The notes under the pieces are model-generated. The model was given only the letters and a program-made list of their open reading frames with translations, did no database searches and was not told the DNA's origin. Positions 53,430 to 62,435 of a DNA stretch of 64,000 nucleotides are shown here, piece after piece. Origin of the DNA: an uncultured Candidatus Saccharibacteria bacterium (GTDB taxonomy: Bacteria > Patescibacteriota > Saccharimonadia > Saccharimonadales > CAYOYH01). The first letter of the stretch is position 1, and every line of letters starts with the position of its first letter. The stretch covers positions 904 to 64,903 of the forward strand of contig CAZOFP010000004.1 of the NCBI GenBank assembly GCA_964579475.1, written 5' to 3'. The translations under genes and the position numbers were made by a program.

Positions 53430-54332
53430 ATGGCTAAAAAGGTTACCAAAGCAGTTATAGCAGCAGCCGGTATGGGCACACGGTTCCTGCCGCAAACGAA
53501 GGCTATGCCCAAAGAAATGCTACCAATAATTGACAAGCCGATTATTCAAAAAATTGTCGAGGACGCTGTTTCGGCAGGCGTGAAAGATGTAATCATCGTC
53601 ACTAGCTCAAAAAAACGGGCTATCGAAGATCATTTCGATAGAGATCCAGGGCTAGTCGAAAAGTTAAAAGCTAGCGGGAAAGATGAAGCAGCCGCAAAAG
53701 TCAGCAAAATCGCCCACATGGCAAACTTTGTATACATTCGGCAGAAGGGCGAACACATTGGGAATGCCGTACCCCTAGTGAACGCGGCACATCTTTTAAA
53801 TGACGAACCATTCTTTTACTTTTATGCGGATGATTATTTCGAAGGTAAAGAGACAGCAGCCAAGCAAATGCTGCGCGCTTATCAAAAAACCAACAAGACA
53901 GTGCTGCCTTTGATCGAAATCGACAAGCAGAAATCAGCCAGTTATGGGATTGTGGCAACCTCGAGTCCTGAAGGGGCGACAGTCCTGGACGTTGAGAGTA
54001 TTGTTGAAAAACCCCTACCAAAGGATGCACCATCAAACTTAGCTTCTGTGCACGGGTACTTGTTTGATCCTGAGGTCTTGCCGCTGCTGAGCAAGATTCC
54101 GCTCAGCGGTAGAGGCGAACTTGAGATACAATGGGCGATTGACGAGCTGGCAAAAGCCGGCAAAGTGTCTGGTGTGAAGATTGATGGTCACTGGCGAGAC
54201 GCCGGCAATAAGGAGGGCTATATTTACGCAATCATTGAGAGTGCACTAGCCGACCCAAACCTGAAAAAGCCAGTCCGAGAATATCTCGAGAAGAGAATTT
54301 GCAAACACAGTAAAAATACTGTACAAAAGTAA
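53430..54332 (+). CDS. galU: UTP--glucose-1-phosphate uridylyltransferase
   Basis: AAGMGTRFLPQTKAMPKEMLPIIDKP. Confidence 0.9.
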   Translation: MAKKVTKAVIAAAGMGTRFLPQTKAMPKEMLPIIDKPIIQKIVEDAVSAGVKDVIIVTSSKKRAIEDHFDRDPGLVEKLKASGKDEAAAKVSKIAHMANFVYIRQKGEHIGNAVPLVNAAHLLNDEPFFYFYADDYFEGKETAAKQMLRAYQKTNKTVLPLIEIDKQKSASYGIVATSSPEGATVLDVESIVEKPLPKDAPSNLASVHGYLFDPEVLPLLSKIPLSGRGELEIQWAIDELAKAGKVSGVKIDGHWRDAGNKEGYIYAIIESALADPNLKKPVREYLEKRICKHSKNTVQK

Positions 54333-54349
54333 ACTTTTATGGTAGAGTA

Positions 54350-54628
54350 GTGAACATGAATATAGATTCGTACGACATATTGGTAATAATCTTGAGCATA
54401 ACACTTGCCGTTTTCTTGGTACTGGCTATTATACTGACCACGTATCTCATAAAAGCCGCAAAAGATGTGCGTGATATCACAAAAAAGGCTGGCAGCGTAG
54501 TCAACAGTATTGAGTCCGTCAGCAAGGCCGCTACGAACAGTGGTCCGGGATCGTTCGTTGCGGGCATCATTACATCGGTTATCGAAAAATCAATGAAGGG
54601 TGGGGAGAAAGAGGAAGAAGATGAATAA
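54350..54628 (+). CDS. Small membrane protein (DUF948-like layout)
   Basis: One N-terminal TM, a helical body and an acidic tail. Confidence 0.45.
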   Translation: MNMNIDSYDILVIILSITLAVFLVLAIILTTYLIKAAKDVRDITKKAGSVVNSIESVSKAATNSGPGSFVAGIITSVIEKSMKGGEKEEEDE

Positions 54629-54860
54629 GGGTTCACTGAAATGGGGTCTAATTGGTCTTGGAATTGGCGTCGCATCTGGCATAGTTGCAGGAATGTTGCT
54701 TGCCCCCAAGAGTGGTAAAGAAACACGTGATGAAATGAAGAGCAAAGCCATGAGCGCTAAAGATAGTGCTGCTGCTAAATTGCGTAAGGACGGAAAAGAA
54801 GCTAAGAAAGTCGTAAAAAAGACTGTGAAGAAAGCTTCGAAGAGTTCTAAGAAGAAGTAA
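54621..54860 (+). CDS. YtxH-like small membrane protein
   Basis: GLIGLGIGVASGIVAGMLLAPKSGKETRDEM is a YtxH-type motif. K-rich tail. Confidence 0.6.
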   Translation: MNKGSLKWGLIGLGIGVASGIVAGMLLAPKSGKETRDEMKSKAMSAKDSAAAKLRKDGKEAKKVVKKTVKKASKSSKKK

Positions 54861-54882
54861 TCGTTAGAATTAGCCAGATTAC

Positions 54883-54908
54883 AGAGTCGCCTCTCGGGCG
54901 GCTCTTTT
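54883..54908 (+). terminator. Rho-independent terminator
   Basis: AGAGTCGCC tctcg GGCGGCTCT followed by TTTT. Confidence 0.7.
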
Positions 54909-54912
54909 CGTG

Positions 54913-54921
54913 TGCTATAAT
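54913..54921 (+). promoter_or_regulatory. Extended -10 element TGcTATAAT upstream of dnaE
   Basis: Read directly. Lies 24 nt upstream of the dnaE ATG, with GGTG SD between. Confidence 0.5.
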
Positions 54922-54944
54922 TACAGCAAATAAGAAGTGGTGAA

Positions 54945-57900
54945 ATGGCAAAGAAAACAGAGGTGGCAAAACAATCTGGTAGTTCTAAGACTGACTCAAA
55001 GTCTTTGAAGCCTTCGGATTATGTGCATCTGCATAACCACACGCACTACAGCTTGCTCGATGGCCTGACTAAAGTACCGAAGTTAGTAGCAAAAGTTAAG
55101 GATCTGGGTATGAAAGCGGTGGCGATTACCGACCACGGCACGCTTTCTGGTGCCATCGAATTTTATAAAGCCGCGAATGACGAAGGCATAAAGCCGATTA
55201 TTGGCATCGAGCAATACGTGGCGGCGCGCAGTCACACCGATAAAGATCCGCAAAAGGACAAAAATAACTTCCACCTGATTATTCTGGCCATGAACAACAA
55301 GGGCTACGAGAACTTGATGAAGCTTTCAAGTATCGCTAATCTGGATGGTTTTTATTACAAACCGAGGATAGATCATGAACTTTTAGAGAAATATAATGAA
55401 GGGCTGATTGTTCTCTCGGGCTGTATTGGCGGCGAGGTCGGTGATTCGCTTCGTCGAGAGCAATACGACGAAGCGCTGTCCACAGCAAAATGGTACAAGA
55501 AAGTATTTGGCGATAGGTATTATATCGAGATACAGGACAGTGAATGGTCGGAGCAGGTTAAGGTTAATAAACTACTGTTTAAACTAGCCAAAGAACTCAA
55601 GATAAAACCGGTAGTTACTAGTGATGCGCACTATCTAAACCATGAAGACCAGGAGGCACATGAGGTGCTGCTCTGCGTGCAAACAGGCGCGTTCATGGAG
55701 GACGAAAATCGCATGAGTCTTCTCGAACATGATTTGCACGTTTGCGACCCTAAGGATGTTATAAAGCGCTGGAAGAAACACCCAGAGGTGATTAGAAACA
55801 CAAAAGAGATTGCCGACAGGTGTGATATTGAAATTGAGCTTGGCAAGATACTGATTCCAAAATTCGACGTACCGAAGAAGGAGACTGAGCGGAGTTATCT
55901 TCATAGGCTTACTTATCAAGGCTTGGCTTGGCGCTATGGTGGAGTTAGCGAAGAAGAGTCAAAGAAGCTGAGCCAGGAAGAGGCTAAGAAGACCCTGTCA
56001 AAAGAAATGCTGGAGCGCTCGGAGTACGAGCTCGACACGATAGGCAAAATGGGCTTTGATGGTTACTTTCTGATTGTTTCAGACTTTATTAATTGGGGGA
56101 AAGACAGGGGAATTGTTTTTGGTCCAGGGCGAGGCTCTGCGGCTGGTTCGGTAGTGTCATATGCACTTAAGATTACCGAGCTCGATCCGATAAAGTACGA
56201 CTTAATGTTTGAGCGATTTTTGAATCCAGATCGAATAAGCATGCCTGATATCGACATCGACATCCAGGACACCCGTCGTGACGAGGTGATCCAGTACACT
56301 GTAGAAAAGTACGGACAAGACAAAGTCGCTAACATCGTTACCTTTGGCACGATGGCTGGAAGAGCGGCGATTCGTGACGTGGCTAGGGTTCTTGAGATGC
56401 CCTATGCGGACGCGGATAGATTGGCTAAGCTTGTGCCACCACCAATTCAAGGTAGACACGTGCCACTCGAAGTCTCGATTAAAAAAGATCCAGATTTCAA
56501 GGCCGAGTATGAATCTAGCGCCGAAGCTAAAAAAGTTGTTGATTTAGCAATAAAAGTTGAGGGAACGATTCGTTCTCACGGTGTTCACGCGGCTGGAGTG
56601 GTTATCGCTCCAGATGACATCGTGAAGTTTACACCGCTGGAAATGTCACAGAAGGGCTCGGTTACTACCCAATACTCCATGGGGCCAATTGAAGATCTAG
56701 GACTGCTAAAAATGGATTTCTTGGGACTAAGTAACCTGTCGATAATCAAAAACGCCCTTAGGATAATCCGGAAAGTTAAGGGTGAGGAAATAGAGCTCAC
56801 CGAAATTCCACTTAACGACCAGCCGACATTTGATTTGCTTGGCCGTGGTGATACGACAGGGGTTTTCCAGTTTGAATCGAGCGGCATGAAACGCTATTTG
56901 CGTGAGTTGAAGCCAGATTTTTTCGAGGACATCATCGCCATGGGTGCGCTTTATCGCCCAGGGCCACTTACAGCAGGACTGACCGATAAATATATTGCCA
57001 GGAAGAATGGTCTAGAAGCTGTCACCTACGAGCACGAGAGACTACGTGACGCACTGGAGTCAACGTACGGTGTGTTGGTTTACCAGGAACAGGTTATGCG
57101 TATTGCTCAAGACTTATGTGGTTTCACTGGCGGCCAAGCCGATACACTGCGTAAAGCCATCGGTAAAAAGAAGCGCGATGTCATGGCCAAGCTCAAAAAA
57201 GATTTCATTGAAGGGGCGATTAAGACGTCTAATGCCGACAAGCAATTCGTTGAGGATTTATGGAAACAACTCGAGGGTTTTGCTGACTATGCTTTCAACA
57301 AATCTCACTCGGCTTGTTATGGGATGATTTCGTACTGGACGGCTTATTTGAAGGCTCATCATCCAGAAGCATTTATGGCGGCTCTAATGACCAGCAATTA
57401 TGGCGACACCGACAAGCTGGCCATAGATATAGCAGAATGTCGCAAAATGGGTATCGACGTTCTAGCACCAGATGTTAATGAATCATTCCTGGAGTTTGCC
57501 GTGGTGCCAGGGACCAAACAAATTCGATTTGGTATGGCTGCTATAAAGAACGTCGGCAAAGGCGCAGTTGAGGAAATGATTCGGGCTCGCGAAGACGGCG
57601 ACAAATTCAGTTCTATCGAGGATTTTGCGACAAGGGTGAGTACACGGTCGGTCAACCGAAAAACCTGGGACAGTCTGGCTCGGGCAGGCGCTTTCGACAG
57701 TTTTCACCCGAGAGACCACATACTTCACAACATGGATAAGATACTGGCCTTTGGTTCAAAGATTCAAAAAGATGTTAACAGTGGCCAGGCAGACCTGTTC
57801 GGCGGGAGTTTGCAGGAAATGAGCCGGCTAGAGATGGAAAAGCCGCCATCATTAACGCCGGAGCGTGAACAATTGCTCTGGGAAAGAGAACTGCTTGGAC

Positions 57901-58577
57901 TTTACCTGTCGAATCATCCATTAGAGCCGTACAGGGTTTACCTCGACGAGAAAGTCGCACCGATTGCAAAACTTACAGTAGAAATGGATGGCGCTCAGGT
58001 GGAAGTTGGCGGCTTAGTAACCACTGTCCGCGAAATCGTTACTAAAAAAGGCCAGAAGATGGCATTTGTCGGCATCGAAGATTTTGCCGGCGAGCTAGAA
58101 CTAATTGTTTTCCCTGGAGTCTACGGCGAAAAAGCTGATTTATTCGTTCCAGACACGGTTATCAAAGTGTCTGGCAAGCTGAACTCTAAAGATAGAGAAG
58201 GCAAAGACACCGGTGAACTCAAGATGCTTCTGGACGACGCCTCGATACTTAGCGAGGAAGATGTGAAAGCTTTCACATCCACTGGCAAGTCGGTAAAGCT
58301 TCCCCGCAAGAAAACTAAACGCGTCCCACAAGGCTACTCGAGGCCACTTGGCAGTCGAGCAGAACGAGTGTTTATTCGCATAGAAGACTCGGAAGATACC
58401 CAGCAGCTGTTCAAGCTCAAGCAGACCTTAAATAAACATCCAGGAGACAGCGAGGCTATTCTTGTTCTCGGCGAGAATAAAAACGCTCTTAAACTACCCT
58501 TTAAAGTAGATATTTCAAATGGACTTGCGACTGAGCTTAGGGAGTTTCTTAGCGACGAAGCGGTAGTTATCAAGTAA
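54945..58577 (+). CDS. dnaE: DNA polymerase III alpha subunit
   Basis: 1210 aa. PHP domain HLHNHTHYSLLDG. Polymerase core (PDIDIDI, GLLKMDFLGL). OB fold near the C-terminus. Confidence 0.97.
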   Translation: MAKKTEVAKQSGSSKTDSKSLKPSDYVHLHNHTHYSLLDGLTKVPKLVAKVKDLGMKAVAITDHGTLSGAIEFYKAANDEGIKPIIGIEQYVAARSHTDKDPQKDKNNFHLIILAMNNKGYENLMKLSSIANLDGFYYKPRIDHELLEKYNEGLIVLSGCIGGEVGDSLRREQYDEALSTAKWYKKVFGDRYYIEIQDSEWSEQVKVNKLLFKLAKELKIKPVVTSDAHYLNHEDQEAHEVLLCVQTGAFMEDENRMSLLEHDLHVCDPKDVIKRWKKHPEVIRNTKEIADRCDIEIELGKILIPKFDVPKKETERSYLHRLTYQGLAWRYGGVSEEESKKLSQEEAKKTLSKEMLERSEYELDTIGKMGFDGYFLIVSDFINWGKDRGIVFGPGRGSAAGSVVSYALKITELDPIKYDLMFERFLNPDRISMPDIDIDIQDTRRDEVIQYTVEKYGQDKVANIVTFGTMAGRAAIRDVARVLEMPYADADRLAKLVPPPIQGRHVPLEVSIKKDPDFKAEYESSAEAKKVVDLAIKVEGTIRSHGVHAAGVVIAPDDIVKFTPLEMSQKGSVTTQYSMGPIEDLGLLKMDFLGLSNLSIIKNALRIIRKVKGEEIELTEIPLNDQPTFDLLGRGDTTGVFQFESSGMKRYLRELKPDFFEDIIAMGALYRPGPLTAGLTDKYIARKNGLEAVTYEHERLRDALESTYGVLVYQEQVMRIAQDLCGFTGGQADTLRKAIGKKKRDVMAKLKKDFIEGAIKTSNADKQFVEDLWKQLEGFADYAFNKSHSACYGMISYWTAYLKAHHPEAFMAALMTSNYGDTDKLAIDIAECRKMGIDVLAPDVNESFLEFAVVPGTKQIRFGMAAIKNVGKGAVEEMIRAREDGDKFSSIEDFATRVSTRSVNRKTWDSLARAGAFDSFHPRDHILHNMDKILAFGSKIQKDVNSGQADLFGGSLQEMSRLEMEKPPSLTPEREQLLWERELLGLYLSNHPLEPYRVYLDEKVAPIAKLTVEMDGAQVEVGGLVTTVREIVTKKGQKMAFVGIEDFAGELELIVFPGVYGEKADLFVPDTVIKVSGKLNSKDREGKDTGELKMLLDDASILSEEDVKAFTSTGKSVKLPRKKTKRVPQGYSRPLGSRAERVFIRIEDSEDTQQLFKLKQTLNKHPGDSEAILVLGENKNALKLPFKVDISNGLATELREFLSDEAVVIK

Positions 58578-58806
58578 GGTTTATCAGCACAAAATAGGCG
58601 ATTAGAGATACGAGGGTAAGTTCGACCAGTATCGATACGTGAAAGGTCTTCTTCGCGACGCTGTAGATGATGTTGGCGGCTAAATAGGTTGCAATAATTG
58701 CACCGATAACAACCGGGGAGTTTGCACTATCTGATTGAGCAACCAAATAGATGACTATCATAAGAGGGAGTATCGCGAGGATTGGCAGTAAATAACTTCT
58801 ACGCAT
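58570..58806 (-). CDS. Small two/three-TM membrane protein
   Basis: TGATG coupling to the upstream CAP-domain gene. Hydrophobic throughout. Confidence 0.45.
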   Translation of the reverse strand: MRRSYLLPILAILPLMIVIYLVAQSDSANSPVVIGAIIATYLAANIIYSVAKKTFHVSILVELTLVSLIAYFVLINLT

Positions 58807-59780
58807 CAGAGTATTGTCCCGTATGAGGCACTTAGTAACAGCCAGAGGGCGGCGAAGATTACGCTAGATTCTAGTAGCGGGTGGGCGACTATCAGGTGTT
58901 CACCCCGAGCAACTACGGCATTTATGAAAGCTATATGTCTGTACAGATAGGCAAAAGTCAGGAGTCCTAGAATCATAACCGTCGTGTACATAGCCCAGCT
59001 GGCGTCACCTCTTATCAGTGCATCGAAGTTGGTAACTTGTTTTTGGGTTTGAGGCAGGTATGTTAGTGGGTCTACAACGCCAGTATCTTCTTTTGCAGGA
59101 GTGGTTTCTGGAGCCGTTTCAACGACTAACTCTTTGGGTGCTGTGGCCTGTGCAACCTCAGTTGCTGGCGGCGGAGCTGTTTGTACAGGTGCTGCTATTG
59201 GATTAGTACTAACGACAGGGTCGCCGTACATTGCAACCACGACAGTGTTCTCGCCCCCCTGATAGTTAGCACCACTGGCTATCCCAAAGCCAACTTCTTC
59301 GTAAGCTGGCAGCAAAATATTGTCTCGGTGGCCTTGGCTAGCCATCCAACCATTTAAGACACCGGCACTAGTGTCAAAGCCGTAGGCTAAGTTTTCCCCA
59401 GCGACAAGGTAGGCATAGCCGGCTTGGTCGAAGAAGTACCAAGGTGTTGTACCGTCAGGCGCTATGTGAGCCCAGTAGTCATTTGCAATCATGTGATTGG
59501 CTTTGTTCTGCGCTGCAATCGTGAGTTTGGAGTTAGAAGTAAAAGCCGGCAGACCATTGGCTACTCGGTTATCGTTCGTCAAAGTAAATAAATCGGTCTG
59601 GTTGATGTTTGTGGCATAGCCCAGCACACCACCTTCGTTGCTAGCCCGCAGCTGCACGCCATAAATCAGCTGCACCGCAATGATGAGCATTAACGACAAA
59701 GCTAGACCGTGTCTTCTGATGATGTGAGGTCTGTATTTGTTTTGTTTGGTGGCAATCAGTAGATTTTTGACAAACTGCAT
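58806..59780 (-). CDS. CAP/SCP (PR-1, YkwD-like) domain protein with flanking TM segments
   Basis: NDYWAHIAPDGTTPW...GENLAYGF...GWMASQGHRDNIL. I prefer the ATG at 59780; the track start is GTG 59810. Confidence 0.7.
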   Translation of the reverse strand: MQFVKNLLIATKQNKYRPHIIRRHGLALSLMLIIAVQLIYGVQLRASNEGGVLGYATNINQTDLFTLTNDNRVANGLPAFTSNSKLTIAAQNKANHMIANDYWAHIAPDGTTPWYFFDQAGYAYLVAGENLAYGFDTSAGVLNGWMASQGHRDNILLPAYEEVGFGIASGANYQGGENTVVVAMYGDPVVSTNPIAAPVQTAPPPATEVAQATAPKELVVETAPETTPAKEDTGVVDPLTYLPQTQKQVTNFDALIRGDASWAMYTTVMILGLLTFAYLYRHIAFINAVVARGEHLIVAHPLLESSVIFAALWLLLSASYGTIL

Positions 59781-59871
59781 CCATATATAGTTTACCACTA
59801 GCGTTAACACATAAAAAGACCCTCGGTGCTTATGTCGAGGGTCTAGTGGGTTGAGTTTGTTTTAGTGTTTG

Positions 59872-60558
59872 TTATTTTTTGTTTTGATTGGGCATCAGGA
59901 TAATGGTCACTCCGACAATGGCAGCCAGGCCGATAATCCACCAATAGGCAGGGGTCGAAGAGGTTTCGGCAGGTTGGTCGGGCACGTCTTGGGTGACTGT
60001 TGGTGTGTAGGTGACATCTAGGTTTCCGTTGTTGGTCAGCGGAACGTTGGTAGGTGTTATGTCTGAAAGTTCAAATGTAGCGTTTTGGGCATATCCGTCC
60101 CACGCAGCCAAGGTAGCTTCGGACAGACCTGGAGCCTCGGCAACGTATTTTTCGATTAAGTCCTTGGTTACTTCGAAGTTTTCGTTGACGTCTAGTAGTC
60201 TCGGGCCCATTTCCTGAACAATATTAGTCTCAATGAAGATAACCTGTGCTTCGGTAAGTTCTATGGTGTCGTTGGCTTGGTCATAAAGTGTTATCGAGCG
60301 TCTGGCAAGTATTGACATGTTGTTACTGGGCTGGACGATGTACTGGTAGCTGTCGGGAACTACCGCCATTTCGGTATCTCCAGTAGTATCGATGATTATG
60401 GTCTCTTCTTCGCTGACCACAGCAGGGGTGGCATCCTCGCCTTCGTGTGCGTAGACATATGTCTGGTTAGCCACGAATAGGCCTGTCATTACGACAATCG
60501 AAATGATTAATGTTTTTATGAGTATCCAGCCTTGGGCTTGGATGTTCTGCTTTCGCAT
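59872..60558 (-). CDS. Hypothetical exported protein with N-terminal TM and C-terminal TM plus basic tail
   Basis: AAGGAGG SD. C-terminus PAYWWIIGLAAIVGVTIILMPNQNKK resembles a sorting-signal layout but has no LPXTG. Confidence 0.5.
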   Translation of the reverse strand: MRKQNIQAQGWILIKTLIISIVVMTGLFVANQTYVYAHEGEDATPAVVSEEETIIIDTTGDTEMAVVPDSYQYIVQPSNNMSILARRSITLYDQANDTIELTEAQVIFIETNIVQEMGPRLLDVNENFEVTKDLIEKYVAEAPGLSEATLAAWDGYAQNATFELSDITPTNVPLTNNGNLDVTYTPTVTQDVPDQPAETSSTPAYWWIIGLAAIVGVTIILMPNQNKK

Positions 60559-60630
60559 AACCCTCCTTAAATCTGCCCACCGTTACTGTTGAATGCCATC
60601 AGTATAACGACTAGGTTTTTCAGTGGCAAT

Positions 60631-61128
60631 CTAAAGTCGGTTTAGGGTTGTGTATAAAACGATTCCTGCACTGACGCTGACATTGAAAGATTCTTTTTTA
60701 CCTTTCATTGGTATCTCCACGATTTGCTCGCAGAGCCCTAAAACGCCCGGCTCAAGTCCATCCACTTCGTTACCAAACACTATTCCAACGTTACCGCTAG
60801 GTTCAAACTCGTCAAGGCCTATGCTTCCACTCGCCTGCTCAACAGCTACCAGAGAAAACCTTAGCGATCTAGCATGCTCTACCAATGTTTTAAACGTGTC
60901 AAAGTGGAGCACCTGAATATTTCGTTCGGCGCCAAGCGCTGTCTTGGTGATTTGTTTGGTGGCACGTCTAGAGATATGAGGTAGGCGTCGGTCGTTTTTC
61001 AAAGCTGGGTAAGGCGTGTAGCCACTGACCCAAAGCTCCTTTATTCCTAGACCATCACAGGTTCGTAGTACTGAACCAACGTTATGCAGTGAGCGGATAT
61101 TGTGTAGAATGGGAACAATCTTATTCAT
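60631..61128 (-). CDS. SpoU/TrmH-family RNA 2'-O-methyltransferase
   Basis: NVGSVLRTCDGLG, GNEVDGL and SFNVSVSAGIVLY. Confidence 0.85.
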   Translation of the reverse strand: MNKIVPILHNIRSLHNVGSVLRTCDGLGIKELWVSGYTPYPALKNDRRLPHISRRATKQITKTALGAERNIQVLHFDTFKTLVEHARSLRFSLVAVEQASGSIGLDEFEPSGNVGIVFGNEVDGLEPGVLGLCEQIVEIPMKGKKESFNVSVSAGIVLYTTLNRL

Positions 61129-61141
61129 ATCGAAGGTAATT

Positions 61142-62404
61142 ATGGCAGATGAGTTTAAAACATACGAGGCGGCAGTAGAGTGGCTTTACTACGAACTACC
61201 ACGAACTTCCAAGGAAATTTTCAAAGGTGAGGTGGGTCTGGAAAAGATGCGTCGTATCTTGGAGTTTTTCGGTAATCCTCAAGACGATTACCCTTCAGTT
61301 CATATAGCTGGGACTTCGGGCAAGGGGACTACTGCAAAATTGACCTCCGACATGCTGTTGCTGAGTGGTAAAAGTGTCGGAACGATTATGTCGCCACATG
61401 TTTACGACCTTAGAGAACGCTTTTTGGTTGATGGTGAGTTTGTCGAGAAAAGCGAGGTAAAAGAAGCCCTAGGGGAACTTCGAGCTGGATTTATTGGGCT
61501 GGCCAAGGACGAGGTTTATCCTACATATTTCGAAGCAACCCTACTTTTGGCGTACTTGGTGTTCAAAAATCACCAAATCGATTATTTGGTAGTCGAGACT
61601 GGACTTGGAGGGCTACTTGACGGGACAAACCTAATAAGTCGCAAAGATAAAGTAGCCGTGATTACTAAAATCGGTCTAGACCATACTGAAATTCTTGGTG
61701 ACACACTTGAAAAGATAGCCCAGCAAAAAGCTGGCATTATCACTGAGAGTATTGATGTCCTTGTCCTCAGCCAAGAAAGAGTAGTTAACGCTGTCTTCAA
61801 GCGTATAGCCCGACAAAAACAGGCCTCTTTAGAACTGGTGCAACCGAGGGCACTGTCGCTAGAAAACACTAGCCTTGTTGGGGAGCATCAGGCAGGTAAC
61901 ATTACTCTAGCCACAAAAACAGTCGAAAATTTGGCTGAACGCGATCATTGGGAGTTTAGTCAGCAAGCTCAGGTAAAAGCAATCGCTGGATTCTCACTAC
62001 CTGGGCGCTTTGAAACGAGAGAACACTTTGGAAAAACGATTATCCTGGATGGTGCTCATAATAGTCAAAAGCTAGAGGCTTTGGTGTCTACGATTAAACA
62101 ACAATATCCAGGGAAAGAGTTCTCGGTGATTTTCGGAAGTGCAAAGAATAGAGACTGGAGAGAATTGTTAGAAATACTGCACCCAATAGCGAGTGAATTT
62201 ATTTTCACAACCTATTCTGCACGAAAGAGCGATATGAAGCGAGCAGCTCAAGATTTCAGTGATATAGAGATTGAGAGTCTACCCACTACAGTCATTAACG
62301 ACTCAAAAGCTGTGTTTGACTACATCAACGATTCTGAATCTGAGTTTTGGCTGGTCACAGGTTCGTTCTATGTAGTCAGTGAAATTGGTCAACTCCTTTC
62401 ATAA
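61142..62404 (+). CDS. folC: FolC-like Mur-ligase family protein (folylpolyglutamate/dihydrofolate synthase-like)
   Basis: HIAGTSGKGTTAKL, SPHVYDLRERF and ETGLGGLLDGTN. I prefer the ATG at 61142. Confidence 0.75.
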   Translation: MADEFKTYEAAVEWLYYELPRTSKEIFKGEVGLEKMRRILEFFGNPQDDYPSVHIAGTSGKGTTAKLTSDMLLLSGKSVGTIMSPHVYDLRERFLVDGEFVEKSEVKEALGELRAGFIGLAKDEVYPTYFEATLLLAYLVFKNHQIDYLVVETGLGGLLDGTNLISRKDKVAVITKIGLDHTEILGDTLEKIAQQKAGIITESIDVLVLSQERVVNAVFKRIARQKQASLELVQPRALSLENTSLVGEHQAGNITLATKTVENLAERDHWEFSQQAQVKAIAGFSLPGRFETREHFGKTIILDGAHNSQKLEALVSTIKQQYPGKEFSVIFGSAKNRDWRELLEILHPIASEFIFTTYSARKSDMKRAAQDFSDIEIESLPTTVINDSKAVFDYINDSESEFWLVTGSFYVVSEIGQLLS

Positions 62405-62435
62405 TGCTCACGCTTTGTTTAGAATGATTAACTAG